Translations under genes and position numbers: made by a program
Notes under the pieces: model-generated
Database searches by the model: none
What the model was told of the DNA's origin: nothing
What the model saw: only the letters and a program-made list of their open reading frames with translations
DNA from: Candidatus Woesebacteria bacterium
GTDB taxonomy: Bacteria > Patescibacteriota > Microgenomatia > UBA12405
Length of the DNA stretch: 64,000 nt
NCBI GenBank assembly: GCA_035402805.1
Contig: DAONDY010000002.1
Location: 49,801-113,800 of the forward strand
Reading direction: 5' to 3'
In this document: in pieces, positions 63,622 through 64,000 of the stretch
How positions within the stretch are numbered: position 1 is the stretch's first letter
How the letters are laid out: every line of letters starts with the position of its first letter

Positions 63622-64000
63622 ATGAAAAAAATAGTCGCCCCACTATTAATAGTATTTGGTATTTGGTATTTAGCATTTGGTATAAAAACTGCTGAAGCAA
63701 AAACGGTAAAGATTAACCCAACTGAAGTGGCAACGCCAACAGCAACTTTAGCGCCAACGGCAGTACCAACGGTGGCTAATATAACTGAGTTTAATGGCAA
63801 TAAAATTGATTATGAAGTGAATAAATGGAACGGTCTTAATAGTTTTAGGTGGATGATTAAATTGGCAATTGACAGAGGAGTATCGACAAACACAATAGTC
63901 TTACTATTATTATTGCCGTTAATTGCAACCTTAGTGTCGTTTTTACATTATGTGGTGGGTTTGTCGGGTTATGGAATTTTTATGCCAACAATGATTGCAG
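63622..64000 (+). CDS. Secreted/membrane protein, N-terminal part; the gene runs past the window end
   Basis: ATG at 63622. MKKIVAPLLIVFGIWYLAFGIKTAEA signal peptide, a Thr/Pro/Ala-rich linker, then hydrophobic helices. The ORF is open to the window end. Confidence 0.5.
   Translation, partial: MKKIVAPLLIVFGIWYLAFGIKTAEAKTVKINPTEVATPTATLAPTAVPTVANITEFNGNKIDYEVNKWNGLNSFRWMIKLAIDRGVSTNTIVLLLLLPLIATLVSFLHYVVGLSGYGIFMPTMIA

Noticed and set aside
63609-63800. Minus-strand 63-aa ORF at the window end
   Set aside because: It overlaps a better + strand ORF (63622 to the window end) that has a clear signal peptide. The minus ORF is rich in A/V/T, as expected for antisense of the Thr/Pro/Ala linker.
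1-64000. Alternative genetic code (TGA as Gly, as in Gracilibacteria/Absconditabacteria)
   Set aside because: Conserved genes (rbr, trxB, dnaA, ftsH and others) end at TGA/TAA/TAG at their expected lengths, and full-length ORFs are obtained with the standard code.

Overview
AT-rich (roughly 30% GC by eye) chromosomal segment of a small-genome bacterium, most consistent with a CPR/Patescibacteria-type organism. Supporting features: archaeal-type TyrRS, a compact rpmH-rnpA-yidD-yidC-jag cluster divergent from dnaA-dnaN, many small hypothetical membrane proteins, and T4SS-like genes. The standard genetic code appears to be in use, since TGA terminates conserved genes.

The window spans the probable replication origin. 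DnaA boxes lie in the dnaN-dnaA gap near 42.6-42.9 kb and in the dnaA-rpmH gap near 44.3 kb.

Housekeeping content: a two-component system, rubrerythrin, Fe-S assembly (iscU plus an Rrf2-IscS fusion), mutM, trxB, tyrS, queH, ftsH, an ABC-F ATPase, and a surface-glycan cluster (GT-C membrane proteins, acyltransferase-3, O-antigen ligase, Wzx flippase).

Accessory content:
1. A tRNA-Ser(GGA) gene at 4275-4361 is followed by about five single-gene cassettes. Each cassette is bounded by a direct repeat that copies the tRNA 3' end and carries compensatory stem changes. A fragment of the tRNA 5' end also lies upstream of a GIY-YIG gene.
2. A ~50-bp two-hairpin dispersed repeat (family A) has at least 13 copies. 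Every copy I found is on the + strand. Several copies sit in frame inside CDSs (queH, O-antigen ligase, three in the VirB4 C-terminal tail). One copy supplies the stop codon of a NUDIX gene and another adds a false N-terminal extension to the rpmH ORF.
3. Two further low-copy repeat families (B and C). One B copy is in frame inside a GT4 glycosyltransferase.
4. A T4SS-like system split into two modules on either side of the origin. Module one (35.2-41.1 kb): VirB3-like, VirB4 ATPase, NlpC/P60 hydrolase. Module two (58.8-63.5 kb): TrbL/VirB6-like, a secreted protein, and six tandem paralogous two-TM pilin-like genes.
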